In this document: piece after piece, positions 39,161-49,238 of the stretch
How the letters are laid out: each line of letters begins with the position of its first letter
Numbering within the stretch: the stretch's first letter is position 1
Program-made: the position numbers and the translations under genes
Notes under the pieces: model-generated
What the model saw: the letters and a program-made list of their open reading frames with translations, nothing else
Told to the model about the DNA's origin: nothing
Databases searched by the model: none
Source: Acidobacteriota bacterium
Lineage (GTDB): Bacteria > Acidobacteriota > UBA890 > WLXD01
DNA: 64,000 nucleotides
Assembly (NCBI GenBank): GCA_963666055.2
Contig: CAXWPH010000015.1
Span: forward strand, 1,632,001 to 1,696,000
Reading direction: 5' to 3'

Positions 39161-41286
39161 CAGAACTCGTAGCCGAGGCGCAAGGTGGCGGCCACTGGAC
39201 TCGCCGGAGTGACCGATTGTGAGCCGAAGCCGCGCACGAAGTAGGCCGAGTCGGTAAGGTTCTGCACGTTGAGGCTGACCCGGTAGCGCGACCAGTCGTA
39301 GGCCAGGGTGCCCGAGACGATGAACGCGTGGTCGATGTTGAAGGCGTTGTCCTCGGCGATGAACTGATTGCCGATGTAGCGGCCGCCGAGGCTTATGCCC
39401 AGCCCATGGCTGAACGTCTTGCTGGCCCACACGTTGAGCAGATGCTCCGGCGCGAACGCCGGGCGGTTCCCGCCATGGTCCAGGGTTTGCGCAAACGGCA
39501 CGCCGAATGAGGTGAAGGCAGTAACGCGCTCGGTGAACTCCGTCAGCACGGCGTCGTTGTAGGCGTATGAAACTACCCCACGGAACCCTCGGCCTGGCTC
39601 GGCGGCGAGCTCGAGCTCGAAACCCGAGGAACGTTGGTTGCCGATCTGCTGGGTGAAGCCATTGTCGTCCGGGATCGCGATGTTGTCGCGTACCAGGCGG
39701 TACACGGCGGCGGTCGCCTGCAGGCGCCCGTCGAGCAACCGGAGCTTGAGGCCGAGCTCCACCTGTTTGCTCTCCTCGGGAGCGAGGTCCTCGAATGTAC
39801 GCGGCGACGGCGGTGCGAACGAGCGCGAGTAGTTTGCGTAGATCGAGACCTCGTCGTTCGCCGCCCAGGCCGCCCCCAGCATCGGCGACAGCTTGCTGTC
39901 GTTGCTAGACCGTCCGGTACGCTGATCGTCAAAATCGACGTTATCGAGGCGGGCGCCGGCGAGAATATACAGTCGCTCGGCGAAAGTGATCTGGTCGATC
40001 GCGTAGGGGGCGACGACGATGCTGCGTGCGTCGCCCGCACCGATACTTCCCAAGGGGAACGGCGGCAAGCCGGGCTCGACCGGGTCGAAGAGATCTACTG
40101 AAGCGAGCAGGAAGGCATCGAGGGTGAACTCGTCGGTATAGCGGGACGTCTCGATGCCGGTCAGCAGGCTGTGGTGCACACTGCCGGTATCGAAATCGAG
40201 AATCGCCTCGACCTGGCCGCCCAGTACGGCCTGCTTGTCGTCGAGCTGGATCTGCGAACGGGCCACGATTGTCCGGCCAGTAGGTACGAACGCCGGCGAG
40301 ATCTCGGGAAACGCGCCGATCAGCAGGGTGCCGTCCGATAGCCAGTCGAGGCCCCGATAGTAGAGCTTGCTGCGGATGCGGACCGTGTCGCTGAGCCGGC
40401 CCTCGTAGTCGAGCTGGAAGCGGTAGATGTTCTGCTCGGATCGATCGCTGGCGGCGTTGTAGTTGTTCTCCAGCCGTACGGACGGCGTCTCGTTGAATAG
40501 CAACGGGATGCCGGCCTCGGGGCTGAAGTCAGACCGCGCGTACTCGAAGTTGGCGTTGAGCGAGTGGTCGTCGGCGATCTGCCAGGTCAAAGCGGGATTG
40601 AACGCCGTGGCGTTGCTATGGCGGTCATCTCGGTACCCGGAAGAACCACGTACGAGCGCGTTGAAGCGAAACGCGACCCGTCCGTCGGCGGTCGCGTGGT
40701 TGGCATCGATCGTGCCGTCGAACGTCGAGAAGCTGCCACCGGACGTGCTGACGCGAAGCCCGCGGGTAGCAAGAGGCTGTTTGCGTACCAGGTTGATGGT
40801 ACCGGCCAAAGGGTTGCTACCGTACAGAAAGCCGCCGGGCCCCTTGAGAACCTCGACCAACTCGATGTTGTAGAGCTGATAGAACGTTGCCTCGGGCTCC
40901 GGGGCACCGTCGGTGAGTATCAGGCTGCTGCTGATCGAATCGAAGCCCCGCACGACGAAAAAGTCGTGCACGCCGCCGAACCCCGGTTGTACGTTGATAT
41001 TGCTGACGTTGATCAACGCGTCGCCGAGCACTTTCGCCTGCTGCTCATCGAACAGTGCCGCGGTGACGATGCCGACGTTGTTGGGGGTCAAGCGAAGCGG
41101 TAGCGAGAGCTTCGAGGCGATCGTGTTGGCGCTCGGTACCAGCGGCAGGCTGCCCTCCACGAAAATGAACTCGGTTGCCCGGAGTGGGAGCTGTTGCACT
41201 GCATCGTCGCGTTGCGAGGACTGTGCAGCGGCGGTCATGGGAACCGTGATGCACAGCACACATAGGATGATCTTCAAGATTCGCAC
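39160..41286 (-). CDS. TonB-dependent receptor (siderophore-receptor-like)
   Basis: Signal peptide; VRGF plug; IELVEVLKGP..LYG..GTINLV; NLTD..Y; terminal YEF. Confidence 0.93.
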   Translation of the reverse strand: MRILKIILCVLCITVPMTAAAQSSQRDDAVQQLPLRATEFIFVEGSLPLVPSANTIASKLSLPLRLTPNNVGIVTAALFDEQQAKVLGDALINVSNINVQPGFGGVHDFFVVRGFDSISSSLILTDGAPEPEATFYQLYNIELVEVLKGPGGFLYGSNPLAGTINLVRKQPLATRGLRVSTSGGSFSTFDGTIDANHATADGRVAFRFNALVRGSSGYRDDRHSNATAFNPALTWQIADDHSLNANFEYARSDFSPEAGIPLLFNETPSVRLENNYNAASDRSEQNIYRFQLDYEGRLSDTVRIRSKLYYRGLDWLSDGTLLIGAFPEISPAFVPTGRTIVARSQIQLDDKQAVLGGQVEAILDFDTGSVHHSLLTGIETSRYTDEFTLDAFLLASVDLFDPVEPGLPPFPLGSIGAGDARSIVVAPYAIDQITFAERLYILAGARLDNVDFDDQRTGRSSNDSKLSPMLGAAWAANDEVSIYANYSRSFAPPSPRTFEDLAPEESKQVELGLKLRLLDGRLQATAAVYRLVRDNIAIPDDNGFTQQIGNQRSSGFELELAAEPGRGFRGVVSYAYNDAVLTEFTERVTAFTSFGVPFAQTLDHGGNRPAFAPEHLLNVWASKTFSHGLGISLGGRYIGNQFIAEDNAFNIDHAFIVSGTLAYDWSRYRVSLNVQNLTDSAYFVRGFGSQSVTPASPVAATLRLGYEF

Positions 41287-41361
41287 GGTCAGATTCCAAG
41301 GTTGGGGATCAGCGTCGCCGGCGAAAGCCCTGAGGCAGCCGTTCTCCGAGCGGATTTCGGT

Positions 41362-42668
41362 TCAGGGACTCTTCGAATCGGTGATCTCGAGAGCCACGAG
41401 CTCCTGTTCGTCACGTAAGTAGAGGATTCCATTTGCCAGTGTGGGTGCAGTCCAGGTCCTGCCTCGGAACACCTGTGCCCGTGATACCTGGAGGTATTCC
41501 CCGGGACTGAGCTTGACGAGCGTCAACGAGCCGCGGTCGCCCAGCACGATCAGGTGATCGTCTGCGTACAGCAGCGAGCCCTGTCCGTGTCCGCGCGCCC
41601 GCCACATTCTCTCATTCTCTCACCACGACTCAACTCGATACACTCCAGGATCGAGTTATCGAAGCCGTAGATGTAGTCGTTGACCAGGACGGAGCTGCTG
41701 AATTGGTTCTTCATCTCCCGCGTGCGCCATACGGTTTCCACTCCGAGGCGGTCGCCTGCGGGGACGCGCAGCAGAGCCGCGCCGACGCCGTAGCCCGAGG
41801 AGACGAAGATCTTGTCGGGCGGTACGAAGATCGGCGTCGCGGCGTTGACGCCAAATGTAGTTTCCCATGGCGTATCCCACAGCATCGCGCCGTTGTTCGG
41901 ATCCACGCCCACAATGCGCCGTCCGGTGAAGAACACGGCCTGCTGCTGCCCGCCGATCTGCACCAGCAGCGGCGTCGAGTAGCCCGGGGGGTCTCCGGCG
42001 GCGCGCCAAACTTCCTCGCCGGTCCGCTTGTCGAACGCCAACAGTGCGGCGTCGTGCCCGCCCGCCTCGACGAGGACGAGATCGCCGAAAACCCGAGGTG
42101 AGGTGGAGAACCCCCAATTCGGTCCGGTCGCCCGGTACTCCTCACGAAGATCGTGCTGCCATGCCGTGGCTCCGCTGTCGGCCTGCACGGCGACCAGCAT
42201 CCCTCGTGCGCTGATCACATAGACAATGCCCCCGTCGACGGTCGGAGTGGAGCGTGGACCATCGCCGGAGCTGTTGCGGTACATCTCGTCGATCCGAAGT
42301 CGCCACCGCTCGGCGCCGGTAGCCGTATCGAAGGCCCCCAGGTACGTGCCGCCACGCCCGAACATCGTGAAGGCGTGATCGCCGACAACAGAAACTCCGG
42401 AGAAACCCTTGCCAAGCGGCACCCGCCAGATCTCGCGCGGCCCCGACTCGGGCCAGGCGGTGAGAAGACCAATCTGCGGCGAGATACCATCGGCGTTCGG
42501 ACCTCGCAGCTGCGGCCAGTCCTGGGTCGCGCTGGGCGTCTGTGCGAGAGGCTCGGCCAAGTGGCTCGCATCGAGCCGCTGCAATGCACCGGTCAATACG
42601 ATGAGCAGCGCCGCCGCCGCGCGGCCGATCTCAACTGCGGTGACGCTACGAGCCGTACGACTGCTCAT
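41362..42668 (-). CDS. PQQ/BamB-like beta-propeller; frameshifted by an 8-bp duplication at 41605-41620
   Basis: DWPQLRGPNADG, GPRSTP, GYSTP; tail WRARGHGQGS...WTAPTLANGILYLRD lies in the next frame. Confidence 0.85.
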
Positions 42669-42680
42669 TCGTCGCCCCGA

Positions 42681-44054
42681 CTACGTATACCGAGCGTCGC
42701 GATAACGCTCGGCGTAGAACTCAGGCAACAGGGCGTCGGCCTGCAGCAATCCCTGGCGAGTCAGCTCGACACCGGTGTCGGTAATGCGCAGCATCTGGCG
42801 CGATTGCAGTCGGCCCCACGCCGCGGCGAAGTGCTCGAGAACGTCGACGTTGAACTTGTCTGCGAAGTGCTTCCGGGCGAGGGCTCCGGTCTTGAGCTGC
42901 AGGATCGTCTCGCGTATCAGGCGGTCTTCGGCGCTTGTGACAAAGGCGCGCTGGAGCGGCAGCTCGTCGTTGCCTACCGCCTCGAGGTATTCGGACCAGG
43001 TCGCCGTATTCTGCACGTGGACACCGCTCAGATGACCGAACGAGGAAACCCCCGTGCCCAACATGTCAGCGCCGTGCCACAGCGCGTCGCGGTAGACGAA
43101 ATCGCAGCGCTTGTCGGTGCGCACCATCGTGTAGGCGCTAGAAATCTCGAACCCAGCGGCCTCGAGCTCCTGAAAGGCGTAGTCGTGCCACTCGCGCTTC
43201 AGCGCCCAGTCGGCCAGCGGCACTTCGAGCCTGCCCTCCAGGAACTGCTTCGAGAAGCGTGTGTTGTAGGGCAGCTCCATCTGATACACGGTGACCGAAT
43301 CCGGGTGCACGTCGATCGCCTGCCGCACGGTGTCGCGCCAGGTTTCCCAGGTCTCGCCGACCATGCCGGCGATCAGGTCGATGTTGAGTTGATCGAACGC
43401 CAGATCGTGGATCCACGGCAGCACCCGAAAGATCTCCTTGCTCACGTGGGCGCGTCCGTTCAACTGTAGAATCTCGTCGTCGAAGTTCTCCACGCCGAGG
43501 CTCAACCGGGTGATGCCAAGCTCGCGCACGGTCTCGAGCTTGGCCTGGGTGAGGGTACCCGGCTCGCATTCGAAGGTGACTTCGTCGACGTTGTCCCAGG
43601 GCAATGCCGCTCGCAGCCGGGCTACCAGCCTGCGCAGATGCTTTGCGGCGATGTAGGACGGGGTCCCGCCACCGAAATACACGAACCGCAACGGTCGCTC
43701 GGCGATCGCCGGGGCGCCGGCGTAGCGATCGATCTCACGGGCGAGCGCATCGCAGTAGACTTCGACCTCATCGGCGTTCTTGTCGGTAAACACGCGGAAG
43801 TAGCAGAACTTGCACCGCTTTCGACAGAACGGGATGTGGACATAGAGCCCCAGCGGGGGGGCGGTATCGGCCGCTGGAGTGTCGAGCACCTGCCGATACT
43901 TCGGCAACTGGTCGGCTGTCCACTGTGAGAATGGTGGGTAGTTGGACACGAAGACGCTGCCGACGCCGGTCGTTTCTCGTTGCGTTCGTGACGTCGCCGG
44001 CTCGGGGTGAAACTCGGCAGAAGAGTCGGCTTCTGGCAGCGCTTCCTGGCCCAT
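42681..44054 (-). CDS. HemN-like (class C) radical SAM enzyme
   Basis: LYVHIPFCRKRCKFCYF (CX3CX2C), YFGGGTP, RLSLGVENF; lacks HemN PRYTSYPT and HemW HNxxYW. Confidence 0.9.
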   Translation of the reverse strand: MGQEALPEADSSAEFHPEPATSRTQRETTGVGSVFVSNYPPFSQWTADQLPKYRQVLDTPAADTAPPLGLYVHIPFCRKRCKFCYFRVFTDKNADEVEVYCDALAREIDRYAGAPAIAERPLRFVYFGGGTPSYIAAKHLRRLVARLRAALPWDNVDEVTFECEPGTLTQAKLETVRELGITRLSLGVENFDDEILQLNGRAHVSKEIFRVLPWIHDLAFDQLNIDLIAGMVGETWETWRDTVRQAIDVHPDSVTVYQMELPYNTRFSKQFLEGRLEVPLADWALKREWHDYAFQELEAAGFEISSAYTMVRTDKRCDFVYRDALWHGADMLGTGVSSFGHLSGVHVQNTATWSEYLEAVGNDELPLQRAFVTSAEDRLIRETILQLKTGALARKHFADKFNVDVLEHFAAAWGRLQSRQMLRITDTGVELTRQGLLQADALLPEFYAERYRDARYT

Positions 44055-44059
44055 CGATC

Positions 44060-45202
44060 TCAACCGAAGCAGTAGAGGTCGCCGTCCTCTGTTCCGATTA
44101 CGAGGCGCCCCGAGGCGAGGCTTGGCGACGCGACGATCGACGACCCGGTTTCAAATTGCCACAGCACCGCACCTGACTGTGTGTCGAGCGCCACCAGGTT
44201 GCCGGAGCTTCCGCCTACGAATACCCGATCACCGACGATCACCGGTGACGAGTCGACGCGCGCACCGCTCGTGTGGGTCCATAGTACTGCGCCCGTAGCC
44301 GGGTCGATCCCGTGCACCATCTTGTCGCGTCCGCCCACCACCAGTAGCTCGTTGGTAACCGCAGCGGAGGAATAGAACGGGAACTTGCGCTTCGGGTGCT
44401 CATAGGCCCATCGTCGCTCGCCCGCCAGGGTCACCGCGAGCACCTGGTTCTCGTAGGTGCCGAAATAGGCTACGCCTTGGTGAACGGCCGGGCTCGCCGC
44501 GACGTATGCACCGATCTCGATGCTGCCGAGCAACGTGCCGTCCTTCAATGCTACGAGTCGCAGCACGCCGTCGCATCCGACCGAGATCACCGTGCCGTCG
44601 ACGATTGCCGGCGTCCCGTTTATGTAGCCGCCGGTCTCGATGCTCCAGACAAGCTTGCCGTCTGCGGCCGCCACGGCGTAGAGGTGGTTGTCGTAGGACC
44701 CGAAGATCAACAGCCCGTCAGCGTAGTTGGCCGCCGAGACGATCCCACCGCCTGTTTGGTACGACCATTGCTCGTTGCCGCTCTCCACGTCGAGCGCGTG
44801 GAACGTTCCCGACTCGTCGCCGAAGTAGACGGTGTTGCCGAAGACCGAAGGCGAAGATCTGATCTCGATGTCGGTCTCGAATCGCCACAGCTCGGCGCCG
44901 CTGGCGAGATCCAATGCATACAGGCGACCATCGAGTGAGCCCACGAAAACCCGACCATCGGCGATCGCGGCGCTCGACTCGATGCTGTCCTCGGCTGAAA
45001 AGATCCACCGTGGCTCCGGCGCCGACGGCAACTCGATGTTGGCTGTGCCCGTGAGCGCGGCGTTGCCGCGGAATACACGCCACGCGTCGTCGGCCCCGCC
45101 GTGCGCCACGCCGGTGGTGACGACGGTACAGGCAAACGCGCCCATCCCTGCGGCCAGACGCCAGCGGCGGGCTCGAACTTTGCTCTCAATACGCCGATCC
45201 AT
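44060..45202 (-). CDS. PQQ/BamB-like beta-propeller protein
   Basis: Regular SSP/SAA..G.V..GS.DG.LYALD...G...W repeats; signal peptide. Confidence 0.9.
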   Translation of the reverse strand: MDRRIESKVRARRWRLAAGMGAFACTVVTTGVAHGGADDAWRVFRGNAALTGTANIELPSAPEPRWIFSAEDSIESSAAIADGRVFVGSLDGRLYALDLASGAELWRFETDIEIRSSPSVFGNTVYFGDESGTFHALDVESGNEQWSYQTGGGIVSAANYADGLLIFGSYDNHLYAVAAADGKLVWSIETGGYINGTPAIVDGTVISVGCDGVLRLVALKDGTLLGSIEIGAYVAASPAVHQGVAYFGTYENQVLAVTLAGERRWAYEHPKRKFPFYSSAAVTNELLVVGGRDKMVHGIDPATGAVLWTHTSGARVDSSPVIVGDRVFVGGSSGNLVALDTQSGAVLWQFETGSSIVASPSLASGRLVIGTEDGDLYCFG

Positions 45203-46349
45203 AAATGCCCAGCAGCTCGTTCGCGTCCACCGGACGCGGGTTGAAGTTGGTGGTCCATTGTTGCGCCGCCTCCACCGCGAGCTCGCTGAGGCTCGCTTGC
45301 GGTATGGCGTGGTCACGGAGCCGTGGCGCCACCCCGGCGCTTCCCAGCATCGCCGTGAGGCGTCCGGGTAAATCACTGACCTCGAGGACATCGTACTCGG
45401 TGGCAGCGTCTTCGCTCGCCAGGTTGTAGCGCACCACGTACGGCAACATGACCCCGACGGCGATGCCGTGGGTGATGCCGAACCGGGCGGTCAGCGGATT
45501 GGCGCAGGCGTGTGCCGCGCCCAGCATGGAACGCTCGATCGCCGCCCCCGCTAGGTGCGCGCCGAGCAACATGTGCCCGCGTGCCTCGAGGTCGTCCGGC
45601 GTGGTTACCGCCGGCTCGAAGCCCTCCGATAGCAAACGCCAAGCCTCACGGCTATAGAGCCGCGAGATAGGGTTGGCGCGCGAGCTGACCAGGCTCTCGA
45701 CGGCATGCGAGACGGCGTCGATACCGGTGGCGACCCGTACGTCGCGAGGTACTGTCCTGGTGACTGAAGGATCGAGAACGGTGGCTCGAAAACGGGCCCC
45801 CGGATCGCCGCACGCCATCTTCCGATGGTCGTCGAGCCGCGAGATCAGCGCGTACGATTGCGCTTCGCTGCCGGTTCCGGCGGTGGTTGGCACCCCGATC
45901 GACGGCAACATCTCCGCATGCGCCTTTCCGGTCCCCTCGTAGTCCTCCATGCGGCCGCCGTTGCTGTACAGGAAGTTCACGCCCTTCGCCGTATCCATGG
46001 AGCTCCCGCCACCGAAGCCGATGAGCAGGTCGACGCCGTGTCGTCGGGCAGCCCGCACGCCCACCTCCACGCACGCCGTACTTGGGTTCTCCTCGACGCC
46101 ATCGAAAACGGCGCAAGCGCACCCGAGCTCCATCAGCGCGGCGTCGAGCTCGTCGACGATCCCGGTGGCGCGTACGCCGGGATCAGTGACGATCAGCGGG
46201 CGTTGGGCGCCGAGCTCGCTGACGATCGACGGCACCCTAGCGCGCTCGCCGACACCGAAACAGACGTCAACAGCGCCCACCGTGGCGCGCCAGCGCGCTT
46301 TGCCGAGTGCTGGTTCAAGTGCCGAGACCCGCGGCTCAATCACACTCAT
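45186..46349 (-). CDS. Iron-containing alcohol dehydrogenase
   Basis: GGGSSMDTAK, PTTAGTGSE, DAVSHAVE, HACA..HG metal ligands. Confidence 0.93.
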   Translation of the reverse strand: MSVIEPRVSALEPALGKARWRATVGAVDVCFGVGERARVPSIVSELGAQRPLIVTDPGVRATGIVDELDAALMELGCACAVFDGVEENPSTACVEVGVRAARRHGVDLLIGFGGGSSMDTAKGVNFLYSNGGRMEDYEGTGKAHAEMLPSIGVPTTAGTGSEAQSYALISRLDDHRKMACGDPGARFRATVLDPSVTRTVPRDVRVATGIDAVSHAVESLVSSRANPISRLYSREAWRLLSEGFEPAVTTPDDLEARGHMLLGAHLAGAAIERSMLGAAHACANPLTARFGITHGIAVGVMLPYVVRYNLASEDAATEYDVLEVSDLPGRLTAMLGSAGVAPRLRDHAIPQASLSELAVEAAQQWTTNFNPRPVDANELLGIYGSAY

Positions 46350-46367
46350 GGCGTCAGCTTGGTGTTC

Positions 46368-46408
46368 CTAGCAGGCCGGGGTGGAAATGTGGCGGGCCTG
46401 GCGACAGA
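46368..46408. mobile_element. Left-end fragment of a TIR type B element
   Basis: CTAGCAGGCCGGGGTGGAAATGTGGCGGGCCTGGCGACAG matches the first ~40 nt of the 26950 copy. Confidence 0.8.
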
Positions 46409-46535
46409 GATCGGACGGGAGGCGACCGTAGCATTCCACGATAGCATGGCGCCTGGCGGGCCCGTCACGCGTGCGCCCTTGGGACGGCGGCGCTATTGTC
46501 GCTACGGTAGCTCTCTCTCTGGCGGAGGCCGGCGG

Positions 46536-46985
46536 ATGGACGGTGTGCGTATCAGGGTTGCTCGGCAGAACGACCGGGAAGCCGTAATCGAGCTGCTACG
46601 TGTCTGCGAGTTGCCGCTCGGCGGGCTGGATGACTGTTGGGCCAGCGCCTTCGTTGCCTGCACTGGCCAGGTGGTGGCCGGCTCCGCGGCGCTGGAGCAT
46701 CACGGGCCCGACGCCATACTGCGATCGGTAGCGGTCGACGCTGCGCATCGAGGGCGTGGCATCGGCGAGGCCCTGGTGCAACGGGCTCTCGAGGCGGCGA
46801 GGTCCGACCACGTACGCAACGTCTATCTGCTTACCGAGACCGCCTCGGACTTCTTTCCGCGGTTCGGGTTTCGCCAGACTCCCCGGGAGCAGGCGCCTGC
46901 AGCCATCCTGCAGTCGATTGAGTACAGTTCCCTTTGCCCGACCAGCGCCACATCGATGGTGTGTCGCGTCAGCGGCGACGGCTGA
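46536..46985 (+). CDS. GNAT N-acetyltransferase (ArsN2/ArgA-like)
   Basis: LRSVAV..HRGRGIG, YLLTETA..FF.RFGF, LCP.SA..M. Confidence 0.85.
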   Translation: MDGVRIRVARQNDREAVIELLRVCELPLGGLDDCWASAFVACTGQVVAGSAALEHHGPDAILRSVAVDAAHRGRGIGEALVQRALEAARSDHVRNVYLLTETASDFFPRFGFRQTPREQAPAAILQSIEYSSLCPTSATSMVCRVSGDG

Positions 46986-46988
46986 GCC

Positions 46989-47900
46989 GTGGGTTGTCGC
47001 TTCGTTACTCTCGATGTCTTCACAGACGTCGCCTTCGGGGGCAATCCGCTTGCTGTAGTCCCCGATGCCCAAGGCATCGACGGACGCCGGATGCAGTTGA
47101 TCGCTCGCGAGCTCAATCTCTCGGAAACGGTGTTCGTGTTGCCGCCCGACGATCCCGACAACACCCGCAAGATTCGCATCTTCACGCCGGTGACCGAGTT
47201 GCCGTTCGCTGGCCATCCGACCGTGGGAACGGCCTTCGCACTGGCGGCGCTAGGCGAGGTCGAGACGCGGGAGCCGGAGGTCAGGCTGGTGCTCGAGGAG
47301 GGTGTCGGCCCGGTGCCCGTTCGTGTGCGTTGCGCCAATGGTGAGCCGGAGTTCGCGCAGCTCACAGCGGCGCAGCCGCCCGACGAGCGGCCCGTGTCGA
47401 CGTCGCCCGCCGACGTCGCGGCCGTGCTGAGTCTCAGCGTCGATGATCTGCGCTCGGACGAGCTAGGCGTGGGCGCGGTCTCGTGCGGGCTACCATTTCT
47501 CTTCGTGCCTTTGCGCGACATCGATGCTGTGCGACGGGCACGCCTGGATCATCAGGCCTGGCGCGACTCACTGGAACACACTTGGGCGCCGCAAGTGTTT
47601 CTGTTTGCCATGCAAGGCGAGCGACCCGGAGCCGACCTGCACGCCCGCATGTTCGGGCCTGGCGTAGGGATCGATGAGGATCCAGCCACCGGCTCCGCCG
47701 CCACAGCGCTGGCGGCGTACCTGGCGGTTCGGTCCGGTGAGCGCGACGCCGAGCTCCGGTGGGTGGTGGAGCAAGGTTTCGAGATGGGGCGTGCGAGCCG
47801 CATGGACATCGAGGCGGTGGTCGCCGACGGACAGGTCGTGGCGGCTCGGGTCGGCGGTGCGGCGGTGATGATGAGCGAGGGCACCATCCGTGTCGCCTGA
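46989..47900 (+). CDS. PhzF-family epimerase/isomerase
   Basis: DVFT..FGGNPL, NLSETVF, ELPFAGHPT, EDPATGSA. Confidence 0.93.
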   Translation: MGCRFVTLDVFTDVAFGGNPLAVVPDAQGIDGRRMQLIARELNLSETVFVLPPDDPDNTRKIRIFTPVTELPFAGHPTVGTAFALAALGEVETREPEVRLVLEEGVGPVPVRVRCANGEPEFAQLTAAQPPDERPVSTSPADVAAVLSLSVDDLRSDELGVGAVSCGLPFLFVPLRDIDAVRRARLDHQAWRDSLEHTWAPQVFLFAMQGERPGADLHARMFGPGVGIDEDPATGSAATALAAYLAVRSGERDAELRWVVEQGFEMGRASRMDIEAVVADGQVVAARVGGAAVMMSEGTIRVA

Positions 47901-48809
47901 CCGGCGGCGGCTTTCCGTGCTGCAAGTCGATGCGTTTACACGCCAGCCTCTGCAGGGCAACCCCTGCGCTGTCGTGCTCGATGCCGACGACCTCGACCCC
48001 TCGACCATGCAGGCGATTGCTCTCGAGATGAACCTGTCCGAAACTGCGTTCGTGATGCGATCCGTGGTCGCCGACTTTCGCGCCCGCTACTTCACGCCGG
48101 CCGCCGAGATCCCGTTGGCGGGCCATCCCACACTGGCGACCACCAGGGCACTTATCGACACCGGACGCCTGGAGGTCGATGCGCACGGAACCCACTTCGA
48201 CCTGGAATTGACAGACGGCCCGATCGGCGTCGACGTGCGTGGGAGCGGTGAGCTCGCCGAGATCACCATGACGCAGCGTCAGCCGGTGTTCCTGCGCTCC
48301 TATGTTGCCGCCGAGATCCTGCCGCTATTCGGGTTGCAGGAGACGGACGGACTTGCGGAAGGGCCACCGCCACAAACGGTGAGCACGGGAACACCGATGC
48401 TCATGGTGCCGCTACGCGATCGTGACGCGTTGGCGCGAGCTCGCCTCGATGTAGCCGCCCTTGCGGCCGCCCTCGAAGGCGGCGACTTCTTCAGTCCGCA
48501 TCTGTTCTGCCTGGACGGCTTTACCGACGCCGGCGCCACCGCAGCGCGGCACTTCGGCTTGCCGCCAGATACCTACGAAGATCCGTTCACCGGGTCTGCG
48601 ACGGGGGCTAGCAGGCCGTGGCCGCCTACTGCTGGCGCTACGGTCTGATCGGCGAGCCCCGATTCATCGCCCAACAGGGGCATACGATGGGGCGCCCCGG
48701 AACGGCCAACGTAGAGGTGATGGGCCCCGCCGAGAACATCGAGGCGGTGCGCGTCGGGGGAAACGCCGTGACCGTAATGACGGGCGTTTTGACGCTCCCG
48801 GCCGAGTGA
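47890..48809 (+). pseudogene. Second PhzF-family gene, frameshifted near 48610
   Basis: NLSETAF, EIPLAGHPT, EDPFTGSATG; the tail AAYCWRYG..QGHTMGRPG..VRVGG is in another frame. Confidence 0.85.
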
Positions 48810-49238
48810 TTTTTCTTGACGTAAGGGCACAGTAAAAGCCAGCTTTGATCACTGAAAGTCTTCGGGCAGCGGTGGCCAGTAACGTGGGTATCGCGCGGCG
48901 GGAGGTGCCGGTGTCAGCTGCGGCGCCCGCAAGTCGTGTCCCTGTCTGTCCGCGCCACGCCGCTCCGCTGGACGGACTCGTGACCGCGCCCGTCGGCGGT
49001 TGACCCTCACCGCAGCGCGTCTGCCCGGTGCTTCCGACGCTGACCGCGGTTGCGTCGCTCGGAGGCGCGGCGGCCGTTGCGGGACACGGTGTGCATGGGC
49101 GCCGGAGCGGTGCGCGCTACCCCTCGGCAGCGGCGGTCAACCGTGGCCCGGTCGGTTTTGGCCAGCCGACCCGAACAGCTAGCCTGGTTTCTCGGACGCC
49201 ACGGTGAACCCCGGCACCGTGTCACAGGGAGCTAGTCC

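Noticed and set aside
39160-44054. ChuW/HutW-type anaerobic heme uptake and degradation system
   Set aside because: The receptor lacks FRAP/NPNL heme motifs and no ChuX/ChuY/HmuTUV-like genes are present.
41362-46349. PQQ-dependent dehydrogenases
   Set aside because: The propellers are ~380-430 aa BamB-like proteins without the size or adjacent-Cys motif of quinoprotein alcohol dehydrogenases; no pqq genes.
46989-48809. Phenazine biosynthesis
   Set aside because: Only PhzF-family paralogs; no phzA/B/D/E/G.
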